A stretch of 64,000 nt of DNA from Squalus acanthias. Its lineage: Eukaryota. The notes beneath the pieces are model-generated. The model was not told the DNA's origin. It did not search any database and was given only the letters and a program-made list of their open reading frames with translations. Of the stretch, positions 61,095 through 64,000 are shown one piece after another; the first letter of the stretch is position 1; the number at the start of each line of letters is the position of its first letter. Location: contig CM059438.1 in NCBI GenBank assembly GCA_030390025.1, positions 80,414,001 to 80,478,000 on the forward strand, written 5' to 3'. Made by a program: the position numbers and the translations under genes.

Positions 61095-62489
61095 CTAAGT
61101 GTTATGGCAATGGAGGTGGAACTGGTGGGATTTTTGATGGATGGCATCATTCGGCCAGTCTCTCATTTTCTGGTGATATTCATGTGGGAGGAGGGGTGGG
61201 GGGGGGGGCGGGGGGGGCAGTGGCGAGATGCGCCTGTCCCCACTTATGGCAGAATTTAGCAACTTACAAAAAGGAGCGGAGACCTGTCAGATCTGGGACC
61301 CACCCCAAATCCCAGCCCGCCTTCACTCACTGCACTGTCGCTGCTTCCCTCCCTTCTAGTTCCAGGAATTGCAGGCGCATGTTCTTCATCTCCACAATGT
61401 GGTCCTGGGGGCTTAGGACACTTTGGGCAAAACTCAGCTAAAGTAATGTGAATACAAGAGGTTCATGCCGGCAGTAATATTGGCAAAGTTCCGCTACAGT
61501 CGGACTTCATTACTTTGTCTGACGACAGGCTGACTTCTTTGCTCATGGCCCAAAATAGACACTTAAAACGTATGTGAAAATGTTATGTAGGGAAGAGAAT
61601 GTGCACTGTGATTCTGTGGACTTGTTGATCAGTTCTCGAGTTATTGGATAAAGCACTGAAGCTTCTGTTGATGCCACAAACCTTCCTACGTGGCAATCTC
61701 TGTGCCAAATGGTTATTCTTACCAGAACCTGATTTCTAACTCGATCCATGTTGTCACTGTTCTTCCCTCCTACCAAATGGTTCTGATGGGTGTATACATG
61801 GAGGCTTGATTTTACTGAATAGGATCATTTCTCAGCAATTTGAATAAGCGAATGTTCGAAAAACATCCAAGTACTTTGAAGTTTATTACACTCTCGGGGA
61901 GGAGTCCAGCCACATCGAAAATGTATAATGGTAAAGCTGCATTTTGACCACAAATTTATTTCACTCTAAACACCAGCCTATAAAAATAGTTTGAAAGACT
62001 GGAGGTTTTTTTTTCTGGTTCTCAGAGAACCAGCAAGCAATTTTGAACTCTGCATATTTATTCATTGTCAACATTTTCCGCAAAAGGTTAAACAGAAGGG
62101 GAGAAGGCAGTTGGGTTTGCACAATGGCAGTGTCTGACGCTGTATCCTGAACAAACCAGTGCGTTAAGTTCCACAGCCGTAAAGCAGAAAATTCAACAAA
62201 CTGTCAGACTCCTCTCAGATTAACAGTGAGAATAATTGCTAATTTTTGAATGTTCTATGACATGCTTAAACTAAAAGCAGCGGTAATAGTAAGTGTGGAT
62301 AACTTATAAATACAGCAATAAAGCAGTTAGTGATATCACACAAATAGCTTGATGGAGCCGGAAAATCAATATAGATGTCACGATTCGAACAGAGTCCCAG
62401 TGATTCAGTTCTATAATCCTACATTTATCTTCCAGCACCTCTGTCCATTGCAGTCCCAACTTTGAGGAAAGGATGGCAGAATAAATGTG

Positions 62490-62812
62490 GTGACATCAAA
62501 GTTATGAGGGGTTTTATAAGAGTAGATGGAGAGAAACTGTTTCCACTGGCCGGAGGGTCAGTAACCAGAGAACGCCGATTTAAGATAATTCGCAAAATAG
62601 CCAGGGCTGAGAGGAGGAGATTTTTTTTTTACTCAGCGAGTTGTTATGATCTGGAATGCACTGCTTGAAAGGGTGGTGGAAGCAAATTAAATAGTAACTT
62701 TCAAAAGGGAACTGGATATATACTTAAAAAGGAAAAATTTGCAGGGCTATGGGGAAAGAGCAGCTAAGTGGGACTAATTGGCTCGCTCTTTCAGACAGCC
62801 AGCACAGGCACG
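62490..62812 (+). mobile_element. CR1 3' fragment
   Basis: KVMRGF.RVDGEKLFPLAGGSVTR..FKII..RRRFF; ctggaatgcactg; gggctatggggaaagagc. Confidence 0.88.
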
Positions 62813-63383
62813 AGGTGGTTCCCCGCCCCCCCCCCCGCCCCCTGCCATTTTAACTTCCGGGTTTCCGTGGGTGTCGGGACTGCACGCCGCAGTATGGGCA
62901 AGAGCCTCATGAATATTGGAATTTCGGGGTCCGAAGACGTAAATCGGACCCCACAGCGATTTTAACCTCGAATCACTCCCCGAGTCACCAGCCAAATCTG
63001 AAGACAAGCAGGATTGGAGCCAGAGAGGCCCAGGCAAATTTATTCTTTTACTCTTTTTTTTGCCGTTTACTTGTGGGCTAGGAAGGAGCAGGAGCGCGAG
63101 TCAGCCCCAGACTTCCTCCCGCCATTGCGCAGCCCTCCTGATCCTCTCCCCGATCGACTCACCTGACTGCCAAGGGACCATTCCCTCGGGTCCCCGCCGG
63201 CGGCCTGCTGCTGCCCGAAATCCTGCACTCACCCGCCCGCCCCCCACGTCATTCACACCGGCTTTGGCCGGGAGTTAGCGCTGCTGAATTTTAATGGGGG
63301 GGGGGGTGGCGGAAGTTAAAATGGCTTCTCTCACACCCTGGCCCTCGCACGACACACTCCCGCCCCATGTTAAAGTTGGGGCT
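62813..63383. mobile_element. GC-rich MITE-like element
   Basis: Internal inverted repeat gccattttaacttccg (~62843) / cggaagttaaaatggc (~63311); end taaagttggggc. Confidence 0.5.
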
Positions 63384-63805
63384 AGATGGACAGGAGCAGT
63401 CAGTAATTTGTCATGTGAGGCCTCACTTAAAAGCAGCCGCTTGCAAAGAATAAGGTTTAAAGTCTCTCAGCATGCACATCACTTACATGTTTGCATGTAG
63501 CTCATGATACAGTTCTTTGAAAAGCCCTCACCTGAACGAACGCCACACAGAGGCTGTATGCAGTTTGCTCGATGTCCTATTTCGGAGCCTGTGGTAATCC
63601 CACACTCTAGTATGTCAACTATCCAGCACAGGTTCTGTGAAAATCATGTAAATCTATTCGAGTGATGGTTTTAGGAATCTTTATTGGAATGAAAATCATA
63701 GTGTGGTGTGGTGCTTAGTGTGGTGCCCATAATTCTGGTGCTGGCATTATTTATGTACATTTGTACATCCATGTACTTTTTCCTGATTGGGCCACTTTCT
63801 TTTGG

Positions 63806-63827
63806 TATATATATATATATATATATA
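63806..63827. repeat. (TA)n microsatellite
   Basis: tatatatatatatatatatata. Confidence 0.95.
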
Positions 63828-64000
63828 ATTTCCCAATCCACTGCAGCAAAAAGGGAAAAATAGAGACAGAGGAACTGGGAAGAAGAAGGAACAGTAGACA
63901 AAGAAATACAAAAGGAGACAAAGAAAAATAATGAAAGCATAGAGGAAGAAAAGGAGAAAAAAGAAAATGAAAAGAAAATGCAGACCTATAAAAACAGGCC

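Noticed and set aside
63850-63990. Hydrophobic minus-strand ORF over a GA-rich tract
   Set aside because: Low-complexity purine-rich sequence explains the composition

Overview
Eukaryotic, AT-rich, repeat-dense non-coding DNA (intron or intergenic), almost certainly from a cartilaginous fish (shark or ray). The repeat content supports this: CR1 LINE 3' fragments, an HE1/V-domain SINE, DeuSINE (SacSINE1-like) copies, Penelope-like elements and GC-rich Harbinger-type MITEs. I could not confidently identify any host protein-coding exon, and every recognisable ORF is transposon-derived. Highlights: (i) a ~5 kb cluster (42.5-47.1 kb) of at least three co-oriented decayed PIF/Harbinger transposase genes plus a Myb/SANT partner, which the ORF track shows only in scraps because younger CR1 and Penelope insertions split it; (ii) minimal type-I hammerhead ribozyme motifs in two different Penelope-like tail families, and a perfect 184-bp Penelope palindrome whose axis falls in the ribozyme core; (iii) a ~233-bp inverted duplication of neighbouring DNA dropped into a MITE; (iv) several nested insertions with readable TSDs and three SINE/LINE 3'-tail partnerships; (v) LF-SINE-like relics, piggyBac-like mini-elements and candidate conserved non-coding elements. 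Nothing here demonstrates a wholly new biological system. Family names come from recalled consensus features and need database confirmation.
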